From an uncultured Verrucomicrobiae bacterium (lineage in GTDB: Bacteria; Verrucomicrobiota; Verrucomicrobiia; Chthoniobacterales; UBA10450): a stretch of 64,000 bases of DNA. Of the stretch, positions 41,005-50,592 are shown piece by piece. Location of the stretch: contig CAWIBO010000002.1 of assembly GCA_963834385.1 (NCBI GenBank), forward strand, positions 1,056,001 to 1,120,000, given 5' to 3'. The notes below the pieces were generated by a model that was not told the DNA's origin, did no database searches, and saw only the letters and a list, made by a program, of their open reading frames with translations. The translations under genes and the position numbers were made by a program. The stretch's first letter is position 1. Each line of letters begins with the position of its first letter.

Positions 41005-42600
41005 TTAATCCCGACTGTCGCTGGGCCCGATCTCGTAAACCTCCACCAAGGCGACGCCTGTCTCGCTCTTACCACGGACCAGCGCGGTGTAGGTATCGAA
41101 GGCTGTTCTGAAAAGGATTGCTGATTCTCGAGAGTCGAGCGGGGCGAGTCCGGTCCCTATGATGTCGCCCGCATCCGGGGAGTCGACCCAGTCATCATTG
41201 CTAGCCACAGAATTGCCATTGGCGTCGTACAATTCCAGGAGAGGATCCGGTAAAGCATTGGCAACCCCCGCCGTCGTCAGAGACCCGCCAAGGGCACGCA
41301 GCAGGATCGAGGTCGGTATATCTCCCCTCACAATAAAGCCGCCGATCAGCACGTCGTCGTCGCCTCCAACCAAGGCGCGAACCGAGATGTTCACAAGATT
41401 CGAGTCTTTTTCGAAGAGATCGATGTCATACGCCTCCACCAAACCGATCCCCACCGTGTCGTTCTTCCCGCGCAAGATGGCGGTATAATTCATCTCGGCG
41501 GCCAGCGTGACAAGAATGGCGGCTTCTTCATTGGCAGCGGGGGCCAGCCCCGTCTCCTCAAGCTCGGTTTCCTGCGAATCACGCCAGTTGTCGTTCATGG
41601 CAATCAGCGCGCCGTCCCCATCGTAGATTTCCAGGACCGGATCGAGCAACAGGCCCGGCAAGGGCAAACCTGCAGCATTGAGAGAGGGCCCGATTCCCCG
41701 GAAGACCACGGACTTCACGGGCGGGACGTCAGGTATACGGGTTTCGGTCTCAATCCTCTCCCGTATGATCATGCCGGCAATGACCACATCATCGCCGGTT
41801 CCCACCGCGGCCCGGCCGGAAATGTTGCGTAGATTTGTGCGTTCGCCTGCGAAGGTCAGATCGGTGCAGTTTCCAGCCGCGCTCCCAACCAATTCCTCCG
41901 TCGTGACGGGAACGGAGAAACGAAAAATTTGGCTGCTATCGCTCTTACACGCATACAAGGTCCCGTCCCGAGGGTCTACCCCCAGCCCGTCGTAGAATAA
42001 ATCCAGTTGGGTGGATTCAATGCAGGCTCCCGTGGAAGGATCGAGACGCAGAAGCGCATTATCGTTCAGGGCCGTGATGACGGTGGCGTAGAGGACGCCG
42101 TCGCCCGAAAAAGCCAGGCCTCCAATTTTCTGCGCACAGCTTGCTCCGAGCAAGGTCGCTTCGGCCGTAGCCGTATTGATTGTGTATATTTCCCCTGTTC
42201 CGGCACGTGAGCCGTAAAGGATATTTGTTCCAGGTTGAAAACTAATGTCTGCGATTCGAATATTCATCCCTCCCACCGTGATGACGCCGCGGTCCGCCAG
42301 CAGTTCACCCGTCGTCGGTTCGAGCTCGAGCAACCGTCCTTCCGCCGTGTCGTTGGGATTTCCCGACCCGGCAGGCTGAATGGTCGCATAAAGCCGGCCT
42401 CCGGTGTCGAAGGCAAGTCCCGCGACTCTATTTGTTCCGCCCGGACTGGCCAGGACCGCGCCGGTCGCGTCACCGGGATCGAACGTGAAGATTTCTCCAC
42501 TCGTCCCTGACCCGTAGGAGACAAATGACCAGGCGAAGCGTGTCAGCCCTAAAAGAAGAACCAAGACGATTCCAACGAAAAGAATGGGGCGGGTTTTCAT
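41005..42600 (-). CDS. Secreted protein: propeller-like N domain + tandem verrucomicrobial C-terminal domain (paralog A)
   Basis: Signal peptide; GLAF…LYA blades; two NIS.R…RxxGxSL…DPxLExYD…NDxW…LAP…YTA…LVExY repeats. Confidence 0.85.
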   Translation of the reverse strand: MKTRPILFVGIVLVLLLGLTRFAWSFVSYGSGTSGEIFTFDPGDATGAVLASPGGTNRVAGLAFDTGGRLYATIQPAGSGNPNDTAEGRLLELEPTTGELLADRGVITVGGMNIRIADISFQPGTNILYGSRAGTGEIYTINTATAEATLLGASCAQKIGGLAFSGDGVLYATVITALNDNALLRLDPSTGACIESTQLDLFYDGLGVDPRDGTLYACKSDSSQIFRFSVPVTTEELVGSAAGNCTDLTFAGERTNLRNISGRAAVGTGDDVVIAGMIIRERIETETRIPDVPPVKSVVFRGIGPSLNAAGLPLPGLLLDPVLEIYDGDGALIAMNDNWRDSQETELEETGLAPAANEEAAILVTLAAEMNYTAILRGKNDTVGIGLVEAYDIDLFEKDSNLVNISVRALVGGDDDVLIGGFIVRGDIPTSILLRALGGSLTTAGVANALPDPLLELYDANGNSVASNDDWVDSPDAGDIIGTGLAPLDSRESAILFRTAFDTYTALVRGKSETGVALVEVYEIGPSDSRD

Positions 42601-42838
42601 ATTTTGGTATTAGGAAGCACGGGCGAACCAATTTGTGCCCGTCTACTCCCGGCCTGGTCGAGAGACCAGTTCCACCCATGCTTACCCTGCCGCTGACGCG
42701 TGGTTCGATGAATGCCTCGTTTGGCTGGCCGCGAGGTTGACCAGCGCAAAGGGCTACGTCCAGAAGAAAAGAGCCTGCTCTCAGGTCGGCTGAGGATGGC
42801 TCATGCGACCTGCTCTCTGTGTCGCGGTCGGGGGAGCG

Positions 42839-43555
42839 TCAACGCTTTTTGCAAAGGGCGTACTGGTAACGGCCGCGCTTCCAGATTCGCTGTCCCTCCC
42901 ACGGCTGGGTGGAGAAGAGGGCCTGGAAGGAGGGCGCGGCAAAGACCCGCACCCGGCCCGGTTCACGGCGCCCGCGAAATCCGGTCAGCCGGGCCACGCT
43001 CCGCATGAGCAGCAGTGGGATGGAAGCCCAAACGACAAAACGGGGTTCACCGATAAAGCAACTCCCGCCGGGGGCGAGCACACGATGGATCTCGGCGACG
43101 GCCTGGCGTGGGCGCGGCAGCACGGTGAAAAGCCGGGAGGCGACAACGTGCTCGAACGAGCCGTCCGGATACGGCAGGGCGAGGGCGTTAACGCTTTCGA
43201 AGCGGCACTGGCGCAAGCCGAGACGGGTCGCCTGGTTGCGCGCGCGCTCGAGTTGCTCGGGCGACTGGTCGACCCCGGTGACCCGCAGGCCGGGATGACG
43301 CCGAGCCAGCCGGCAGGAATAAAAGCCGGGGCCGCACCCGAGCTCGAGCAGACGGGTGCCGGGCGGGGGCGCCCCGTTCGGCCAGAGATTGCGCGCGATC
43401 CGTGCGGTGTCGTCGCGAAAAAGATGCTCGCGAAAGAAAATGTAGAGCCAGGCAAACCGTTCAAAGAGACTCTCCCGCCGGGTGGGATGGTGCGGTCCCC
43501 CCAGGCGCGATGAGGCCGCAGAAGAGGGAGCAGCCAGCAGAGCGGGTGGAGTCAC
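42839..43555 (-). CDS. Class I SAM-dependent methyltransferase
   Basis: LELGCGPG, GVDQS, LPYPDGSF, EIHRVLAPGG; start uncertain. Confidence 0.88.
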   Translation of the reverse strand: MTPPALLAAPSSAASSRLGGPHHPTRRESLFERFAWLYIFFREHLFRDDTARIARNLWPNGAPPPGTRLLELGCGPGFYSCRLARRHPGLRVTGVDQSPEQLERARNQATRLGLRQCRFESVNALALPYPDGSFEHVVASRLFTVLPRPRQAVAEIHRVLAPGGSCFIGEPRFVVWASIPLLLMRSVARLTGFRGRREPGRVRVFAAPSFQALFSTQPWEGQRIWKRGRYQYALCKKR

Positions 43556-43921
43556 GGCGCTCCTGAATCGCGGGCCAGAAGGCTTCCGGATGGCCTGCTT
43601 TTCCCGGCCGACCGGGCATGGTCATCCCGAAGCCGTTATTAACATTTCTTTAAGAATATTTCTTTCTCTCAAAGACATTATCTTCTTCATCAGCACGCCA
43701 ATAACAGCGCTAAAGGCCGCGTGACGCCCGGGCGCAGGCCAAAAAACAAACTGTGAATAGATCACGCGGACCGGCGTACAAAACGCCTGCAAGGTGACGA
43801 GGACCAATTCTGTTCACAACTATGAAAAGTTATTGGGCGGTTATCAGAACGAAGGAACGCCAGCCAGGCCGCCGCGCAAAACTGCCGGGTTGGCCTGACC
43901 ATTGAGATCCTTGGCCGGGTA

Positions 43922-45535
43922 TCACTCGATCAAGCCGGGCTCGCCCAAATCGTAAATCTCCGCGAGCGCAACCCCGGTGGTATTATTTACTCCGCGGACC
44001 AGCGCCGTGTGTTGATTTGGGCCCGGCTCGAAAATGATGGCCGATTCCCGGGCATCAAGCGGGGCCAGACCGGAGGCGGTGATTTCGGGTGCGTCCGGTG
44101 AAGCCGGCCAGTTGTCGTTGGTTGCCACCGAGTTTCCGTTCGCATCAACGACTTCGAGCACCGGATCCTGCATGGCATTAATCACCCCGGAAGCGGTCAG
44201 GGAAGGACCAATGGCGCGGACCATGACGCGGATGGGCCGGTCCCCGCCCGGGATAAAGCCCCCGATGAGAATGTTGTCGCCGGTCTGGACAAAGGCGCGG
44301 GTCGAGATATTCGCGAAGCGGGATTCCTCGCCGAGGAGCGGATCGATGTCATAGGCCTCGACCACGCCGATCCCGGTCGTGTCGTTCTTGCCGCGCAGAA
44401 CGGCAGTGTAGTTTTCGTCGGAGGCCAGGGTGGCGATCAAGGCCGACTCAGCGTCAGCGGTCGGTGCCAGGCCGGTATCCATAATGTCCATCTCCTGGGA
44501 GTCCTTCCAGTTGTCGTTCGAATCGATGAGCAGGCCGTTTTCGTCATAGAGTTCGATGACCGGATCAAGCAATCGATTCGTCAGCGGCATTCCTCCGACT
44601 TCGAGGGAGGGGCCGATTCCGCGCAGGAGAACGCGCTTGGAGGGAGGGTCGTTCACGGGGCCGCGCGTCACGACCGGGTTCATCTCCTCGCCTCGGATAA
44701 TGAAACCGGCGATGGCGACATTCTCGCCCGTTCCGATCAGGGCGCGGCCGGAGATGTTCAAAAGGCGCTGCCGGATCTGGAGAAAGACCAGGTCCGAAGT
44801 CTCGTCCGCCGCATTGCCAATGGAATTCTCCGTGACAAGCGGCAGTGTGATCCGATAGATGGCGCTGCTGTTTTCCAGGGAGGCGTAAAGTGAGTTTTCA
44901 TCCTCGGGGTCGACCGCCAAACCATCGTAAAAGTTGCTCAAGGGAACAGCGTCAACACACTGCGCGGTGAAGGAGTCGATCGACATCAACGCCTCCTGTG
45001 CAGGTTCGATCGTGCCGCGTGTCTGCCCAGGGAGTTCGCCGGTGGCGATCAGGGTTCCATTGGCGAGCAGCGTGATGCCCCCAATGCGCTCGGCGCAGCT
45101 CGTCCCGACGAAACCCGCTTCCGCGGTCTCGAGATTGATGGTGTAGATTTCTCCGGTCCCCTCGCGCGCGGCGTAAAGGAGGTTCGTGCGCGGAAGAAAA
45201 GCCAGGTCGCTGATCCGCAGATTGGTGCTGCCCTCCTTAACGGTCCCGATTACTTCCGCGATCTCTCCGGTGTCCGGATTAAGGCGAACTAGACGGGAAT
45301 CGCCGGTCCCAGCCGGCTGGATGGTGGCGTAAAGTTCTCCATCGTGACTAAAACCGAGCCCGCTGACTTGCTCGGCGTCGCCCGGGTCGGCCAGGATCAT
45401 CCCGGAGGCGTCGCTGGGATCGACCGTGAAAACGGTGCCGTTATCGCCGCCTCCATACAGGTCAAGGGCCTGCGCCGGGTGAAGGCTGCCGAGAAGCGAA
45501 AAAAGCCCGAGGATGAGAAAGGAGCGCACGTTCAT
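43922..45535 (-). CDS. Secreted protein: propeller-like N domain + tandem verrucomicrobial C-terminal domain (paralog B)
   Basis: Collinear with 41005..42600 (LYATIQPAG, GTGEIYTIN, FYDGL.VDP, NISGRA, LRGKNDT.GIG). Confidence 0.85.
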   Translation of the reverse strand: MNVRSFLILGLFSLLGSLHPAQALDLYGGGDNGTVFTVDPSDASGMILADPGDAEQVSGLGFSHDGELYATIQPAGTGDSRLVRLNPDTGEIAEVIGTVKEGSTNLRISDLAFLPRTNLLYAAREGTGEIYTINLETAEAGFVGTSCAERIGGITLLANGTLIATGELPGQTRGTIEPAQEALMSIDSFTAQCVDAVPLSNFYDGLAVDPEDENSLYASLENSSAIYRITLPLVTENSIGNAADETSDLVFLQIRQRLLNISGRALIGTGENVAIAGFIIRGEEMNPVVTRGPVNDPPSKRVLLRGIGPSLEVGGMPLTNRLLDPVIELYDENGLLIDSNDNWKDSQEMDIMDTGLAPTADAESALIATLASDENYTAVLRGKNDTTGIGVVEAYDIDPLLGEESRFANISTRAFVQTGDNILIGGFIPGGDRPIRVMVRAIGPSLTASGVINAMQDPVLEVVDANGNSVATNDNWPASPDAPEITASGLAPLDARESAIIFEPGPNQHTALVRGVNNTTGVALAEIYDLGEPGLIE

Positions 45536-45696
45536 TTGATAAGTAATCGGGCGAGCAGGGCAGGATCGGCCGTTTCGAAGGCGTTTTTTTCCGCATTTCC
45601 CCGGCAACGGCAGGCGCGCGCGGCGATCAGGGCCATGCGCTCCGGGGGAGGACGATGTTTGACCCAGCGGTGCACCGGCGGTAAGCGCATATCCGC

Positions 45697-47517
45697 ATGA
45701 GCCTGCTCGAGGAACTCAAAACCCGCGTCCTGTGCGGCGACGGCGCCATGGGCACGTTGCTGCTGGAGCAGGGATTCTCCCAGGAGCAATGCCTCGAGGA
45801 ACTCTGCCTGACGGCACCGGGCCGGGTTCGCGCCCTGCACGAGGAATACATCCGGGCCGGCGCCCGGGTGATCGAGACCAACAGCTTCGGCGGCAACGCC
45901 GTTCGTCTCGAGCGTTTCGGGCTCGGCCAGCGCACCCGCGAGATCAACCGGGCCGCGGCTGACCTTGCCGGTGCCGCGGCGAAGGGGAAGAACGTCTTCG
46001 TGGCCGGCAGCGTTGGTCCGTCCGGCGTGAGCGCCGATGAAGCGATCCTGCGCGGAGTGGACCGGGCCGCGGCCTATCGCGAGCAGATCATCGGCCTGAG
46101 CGAAGGCGGGGCGGACATCCTTTTTTACGAGACGTTCATGGACTTTGACGAACTCCTGCTCGCGTTCGAGACCGGGAAAAGTGTGGCGCCGGAGGCGGCC
46201 ACGATCTGTTCGTTTGCCTGCGACCCGGAGGGACGCCTGCAGAATGGTCTGCCGATCGTGGAAGCATTTGAAAAACTGCGCGGCCTGGGGGCCGATGTGG
46301 TGGGCGTGAACTGTTTGAATGGTCCGCACGCCATGGTGCAGTTGCTGCAGCGCATCCCCGCCGGACCGCCTCTTTCCGCCTACGCCAACGCCGGTTATCC
46401 GAGATACGCCGGCGGCCGCTACATTTACCCGAGCGCCCCCGATTATTTTGCAAAGTCGGCGCTCGAGATGGCCGCGGAAGGAGCCGGGCTTATCGGCGGC
46501 TGTTGCGGCACCACCCCGGCGCATGTCGCGGCCATGGCGAAAGCCTTGCAGGGGCTCGAACCGGTGCGGGAAAAAGCACGGCGCGTGGCCCCGCCGCCGG
46601 CGCCGCGGCGCATCACCCAGCCTGACCGCGAGGAAAGCCTGCTCGAGCGAATGGCCGCCGGCCAGCGGGTCATTATCTGCGAACTGGATCCGCCGAAGAC
46701 CCTTTCGCTCGACAAATTTTTCACCGGCGCGCAGGCGCTTTCCCAGGCCGGCTGCGATGCGATCACCCTGGCGGATAATTCCCTCGCCATCCTGCGGGTG
46801 AGCAACCTTGCGGTGGGCGCGATGCTCAAGGAACGCTTCGGCATCACCCCGCTCCTGCACCTGAGCTGCCGGGACCGGAACATCCTCGGACTGCAAAGCG
46901 AACTGCTCGGGATGGCTGCGCTCGGGATGCGACATGTCCTGCCGCTCACGGGCGACCCCGCGCGTGTGGGCGATCATCCCGGCGCCAAATCGGTCTACGA
47001 CGTGAACTCAGTCGAGCTGATCGGGATCATCAAGCGCTTGAACGAGGGCTATTCCTACGCCGGTAAATCGATCAAGCACGCGACCGATTTTGTCATCGGC
47101 TGCACCTATAACCCGAACGCAAAAAACATCGAGGCGCAGGTGGAACGACTCGAGCGCAAGGTCGCCGCCGGCGCGCAGTACGCCATGACCCAGCCGGTTT
47201 TTGACCCGGCCCTGATTGCGGAAACAAAACGCCGGACGGCGCATCTCAACATCCCGATTTTTCTCGGCATCTGGCCGCTCCTGAGCGGGCGTCAGGCGGA
47301 GTTCCTCCATCATGAGGTGCCGGGCATCGTCGTGCCGGAGACGGTGCGCGCGCAGATGCAGGGACTGGAGAAGGAAGAGGGACGCGCGCAAGGTCTCGCG
47401 ATCGCGAAAGCGATCACGGAGGCGGCGCTGCGCGAGTTCAACGGCATCTATCTCATCACCCCGTTCCTGAATTTCGAGACGACAACGGAACTTGCCCAAT
47501 TTGCGCGTTCCCTGTGA
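45697..47517 (+). CDS. yitJ: Bifunctional homocysteine S-methyltransferase / methylenetetrahydrofolate reductase
   Basis: DGAMGT, GVNC, IGGCCGTTP, then MTHFR domain ELDPP, HLSCRDRN, TGDP, TQPVFD. Confidence 0.95.
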   Translation: MSLLEELKTRVLCGDGAMGTLLLEQGFSQEQCLEELCLTAPGRVRALHEEYIRAGARVIETNSFGGNAVRLERFGLGQRTREINRAAADLAGAAAKGKNVFVAGSVGPSGVSADEAILRGVDRAAAYREQIIGLSEGGADILFYETFMDFDELLLAFETGKSVAPEAATICSFACDPEGRLQNGLPIVEAFEKLRGLGADVVGVNCLNGPHAMVQLLQRIPAGPPLSAYANAGYPRYAGGRYIYPSAPDYFAKSALEMAAEGAGLIGGCCGTTPAHVAAMAKALQGLEPVREKARRVAPPPAPRRITQPDREESLLERMAAGQRVIICELDPPKTLSLDKFFTGAQALSQAGCDAITLADNSLAILRVSNLAVGAMLKERFGITPLLHLSCRDRNILGLQSELLGMAALGMRHVLPLTGDPARVGDHPGAKSVYDVNSVELIGIIKRLNEGYSYAGKSIKHATDFVIGCTYNPNAKNIEAQVERLERKVAAGAQYAMTQPVFDPALIAETKRRTAHLNIPIFLGIWPLLSGRQAEFLHHEVPGIVVPETVRAQMQGLEKEEGRAQGLAIAKAITEAALREFNGIYLITPFLNFETTTELAQFARSL

Positions 47518-47535
47518 AATGACGACCTTTCCCGA

Positions 47536-48297
47536 ATGCCCCGAATCGGTCGCACACTTGCCTGGCAGTTGGGCGGGCTTCTGCTCGTCGGCGGCAGCCT
47601 TGTGCTTCTCTCCCGCTTCTTTCCGCTGGCCGACTGGATTGCCGGCGTGCAGCAACAGGTGATGCGCTGGGGCGCGTGGAGCGCCCTTGCCTATCCCCTG
47701 CTCTACGCCGGTTGCAATGTTCTCCTTCTGCCGGGCGGCGTTCTCTCCATGGGCGGCGGATTTTTCTTCGGGCTCTGGTGGGGCTTCCTGATTGTGCTCG
47801 TGGGGAACGTGGGCGGCGCCGCCATCGCTTTTTATCTCAGCCGGCGCTTTGGCCAAAGCTGGTTTGGCCGGAAACTGGCGGGCACCTCCACCTTCGAGGC
47901 GCTGGCCCCGGCCATGCGTCGTGAAGGCTGGAAGATCATTCTGCTCAGCCAGCTTCATCCGCTCTTTCCCACCAGCCTGATGAACTACCTCTACGGCCTG
48001 ACCACGATCCGGTTTCGGACCTGCATGTTCTGGGTGGCGATCGGGCAGGCGCCCGGGCTCTTTCTGTACGTCTACCTCGGAACCCTGGGTCAGCTCGGAT
48101 TAAACCTGCTCCGCGGCCGGAGCCATCCGCGGATGCTGGAGTATTGGATTTGGATCGGCGGGTTCGCCTCTCTGTTCGTGGTGGTGTTTTTAATTGGTCG
48201 AATTGCTCTGCGCTGGATGCAGGAGATTGAGAACGCGGAGACCGCGGCCAAAGCGAGCGAGGCCGTGCCAACTGTGATACAGAAACAACTCTTATAG
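47536..48297 (+). CDS. TVP38/TMEM64 (VTT/DedA) family membrane protein
   Basis: LLLPGGVLSMGGGFFFG, HPLFPTSLMNYLYGLT. Confidence 0.88.
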   Translation: MPRIGRTLAWQLGGLLLVGGSLVLLSRFFPLADWIAGVQQQVMRWGAWSALAYPLLYAGCNVLLLPGGVLSMGGGFFFGLWWGFLIVLVGNVGGAAIAFYLSRRFGQSWFGRKLAGTSTFEALAPAMRREGWKIILLSQLHPLFPTSLMNYLYGLTTIRFRTCMFWVAIGQAPGLFLYVYLGTLGQLGLNLLRGRSHPRMLEYWIWIGGFASLFVVVFLIGRIALRWMQEIENAETAAKASEAVPTVIQKQLL

Positions 48298-48305
48298 AAC
48301 AGGTT

Positions 48306-48695
48306 ATGAATAATAAAGAGTTGATTGAGAGGGCCAGGTCTGCCCGGGAATTGGCGTATGCTCCCTACTCCGGGTTCGCAGTGGGGGCCGCCTTGTTGGG
48401 AAAAGGAGGCGGGCTTTTTATTGGGGCCAACATCGAGAACATCTCGTATGGCCTGACCAACTGCGCCGAGCGGGTGGCGGTGGGTAACGCGGCCATGCAA
48501 GGTGAGCACGAGTTCGTTGCCCTGGCTTTGGTTTCCGATTCGGCGGAGCCGGTGATGCCGTGCGGCGCCTGCCGACAGGTCTTGGCAGAATTTGCGCCGA
48601 ACCTCCGGATCATCTCGGCCACACTTTCCGGGAAAGAAGCAGAACACAACCTTTCCGAACTCCTCCCCCGGCCCCGCCAAGGTATCTTGAAGTGA
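48306..48695 (+). CDS. cdd: Cytidine deaminase
   Basis: [35 protein letters not shown]. Confidence 0.97.
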   Translation: MNNKELIERARSARELAYAPYSGFAVGAALLGKGGGLFIGANIENISYGLTNCAERVAVGNAAMQGEHEFVALALVSDSAEPVMPCGACRQVLAEFAPNLRIISATLSGKEAEHNLSELLPRPRQGILK

Positions 48696-50590
48696 TGGAC
48701 AGTTTCCCGCAGCGGTTCGATGTGATTGTGGTGGGCAGCGGGCACGCCGGGGTGGAAGCGGCCATGGCCGCTACCCGGGTTGGCGCGGAGGTGCTGCTGC
48801 TGACCCAGAACCTGGACACGATTGCACAGATGTCGTGCAACCCGGCGGTCGGCGGCTTGGGGAAAGGGCATATCGTGCGCGAGATCGACGCGCTGGGGGG
48901 CGTTATGGGCGAGAACACCGACGCCACCGGGATCCAGTTCCGGTTGTTGAACCGCTCGAAGGGTCCCAGCGTGCAGGCGCCCCGGGCGCAATGCGACAAG
49001 AAGGCGTATCAATTCCGGCTGAAAGCCACCCTGGAACGGCAACCGGGTTTGCAGTTGTTTCAGGCGGGTGTGACCCGCGTGTTGACCGCGGGGGGCGCGG
49101 TCTGCGGGGTGGAGACCGACATCGGGATGGCGTTTGCCGGCCGCAGCGTGGTGATCACGGCGGGGACATTTTTGCGGGGGTTGCTGCATGTCGGGGCGTC
49201 GACCAAGGCCGGGGGGCGGATGGGTGACGCCACCTCGGGGCTGAGCGAAAACTTGAAGGAACTGGGGATTGAAGTGGCTCGTTTCAAAACCGGCACCCCC
49301 TGCCGGATCCGTCGGTCCTCAATCGATTTTAGCCGGTGTGAAAAGCAGGAGGGAGAGGAACCGGCCCCGCGGTTCAGTTTTTTGCCGGTGGAGCGCAGGG
49401 AGGGCGACCTTTTCACCCTGAATTGGTCCGAAAATGGGGTGTTCCACGTGGAACAATTGCCCTGCTGGATCACCCGGACCGGGCCGGAAACCCACGAAAT
49501 CATCCGGGCGAACCTTCACCGTTCAGCCCTTTATTCGGGCCGGATCAGCGGGACCGGCCCCCGTTACTGCCCCTCGATCGAGGATAAAATCGTCAAGTTT
49601 GCCGAGAAAACCCAGCACCAGCTGTTTCTCGAGCCGGAAGGACGGCATACGGACGAGTTTTATGTCAACGGGGTCTCGACGAGCCTCCCCTTTGACGTCC
49701 AGCTCGCCTTTCTGCGGACTGTTCCCGGACTGGAGGCGGTCGAGATTCTTCGCCCCGGTTATGCGGTTGAGTACGATTATTTCCCGCCCACGCAGCTCGG
49801 TTCCTCCCTGGAGTCGAAAATTGTCGAAGGCCTCTTCTTTGCCGGTCAGGTCAACGGCACTTCAGGTTACGAGGAAGCCGCTGCCCAGGGACTGGTCGCT
49901 GGCGCCAACGCCGCGCTGAAAGTGGCCGGGCGCGCCCCGCTCCCGCTTCCCCGCGAAACCAGCTATATCGGCGTCATGATTGATGATCTCGTGACAAAAG
50001 GAACGGATGAACCCTATCGCATGTTCACCAGCCGGGCGGAGCGGCGCCTGGCCCTGCGGCAGGACACCGCCGATCAACGTCTCACCCCGGTGGGCAAGGT
50101 CCATGGGTTGGTCAGCGAAGACCGATGGACCGTGTTCACCCGGAAGATCGATCGGTTGGGGGAACTGCGGACTGCGGCCGGCCGCTCCAGCGGGCGGCCC
50201 GATTCCCTTTGGCAACAAATGAAACGGCCCGAGTTCCGCCTCGAACCCCCGCATCCCGAACAGGCCGCCGCCGACCGCGAACTCTGGAGCCTGCTTGAAA
50301 CGGAAGCGAAATACGAAGGCTACGAACAACGCCAGCACCGCGAATCAAAGCACGCGGCGCATCATGAAAAACAGGCCATCCCGCGCGACCTCGATTTCAA
50401 TCTGGTGCCAAGTCTGCGGCGCGAGACCCGCGAAAAGCTGAGCCGCCTCCGGCCGGAATCCGTCGCGGCAGCGGGGCGAATCAGCGGGATCACGCCGGCC
50501 GACGTATCGATCCTGAGCATCTGGCTGCGTCAGAATAACATACGTAACCCACTTACTGACGGCGCTTTATCCACTTCAAATAGTAGCTAG
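48695..50590 (+). CDS. mnmG: tRNA uridine-5-carboxymethylaminomethyl modification enzyme
   Basis: [47 protein letters not shown]; start ATG 48695. Confidence 0.98.
   Translation: MDSFPQRFDVIVVGSGHAGVEAAMAATRVGAEVLLLTQNLDTIAQMSCNPAVGGLGKGHIVREIDALGGVMGENTDATGIQFRLLNRSKGPSVQAPRAQCDKKAYQFRLKATLERQPGLQLFQAGVTRVLTAGGAVCGVETDIGMAFAGRSVVITAGTFLRGLLHVGASTKAGGRMGDATSGLSENLKELGIEVARFKTGTPCRIRRSSIDFSRCEKQEGEEPAPRFSFLPVERREGDLFTLNWSENGVFHVEQLPCWITRTGPETHEIIRANLHRSALYSGRISGTGPRYCPSIEDKIVKFAEKTQHQLFLEPEGRHTDEFYVNGVSTSLPFDVQLAFLRTVPGLEAVEILRPGYAVEYDYFPPTQLGSSLESKIVEGLFFAGQVNGTSGYEEAAAQGLVAGANAALKVAGRAPLPLPRETSYIGVMIDDLVTKGTDEPYRMFTSRAERRLALRQDTADQRLTPVGKVHGLVSEDRWTVFTRKIDRLGELRTAAGRSSGRPDSLWQQMKRPEFRLEPPHPEQAAADRELWSLLETEAKYEGYEQRQHRESKHAAHHEKQAIPRDLDFNLVPSLRRETREKLSRLRPESVAAAGRISGITPADVSILSIWLRQNNIRNPLTDGALSTSNSS
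49440..49455. promoter_or_regulatory. parS centromere-like site (ParB binding) inside mnmG
   Basis: Perfect 16-bp palindrome TGTTCCACGTGGAACA fitting the bacterial parS consensus TGTTNCACGTGNAACA. Confidence 0.85.
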
Positions 50591-50592
50591 CC

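Noticed and set aside
43752..43766. CRP/FNR-type site TGTGA-ATAGA-TCACG
   Set aside because: The spacer is 5 nt rather than the required 6.
43622..43807. 61-aa ORF upstream of the methyltransferase
   Set aside because: AT-rich, atypical codons and no motif; more likely regulatory or origin DNA.
45540..45696. SAM riboswitch upstream of yitJ
   Set aside because: Only scattered GCAAC/GGTGC fragments; no SAM-I P1-P4 arrangement or terminator.
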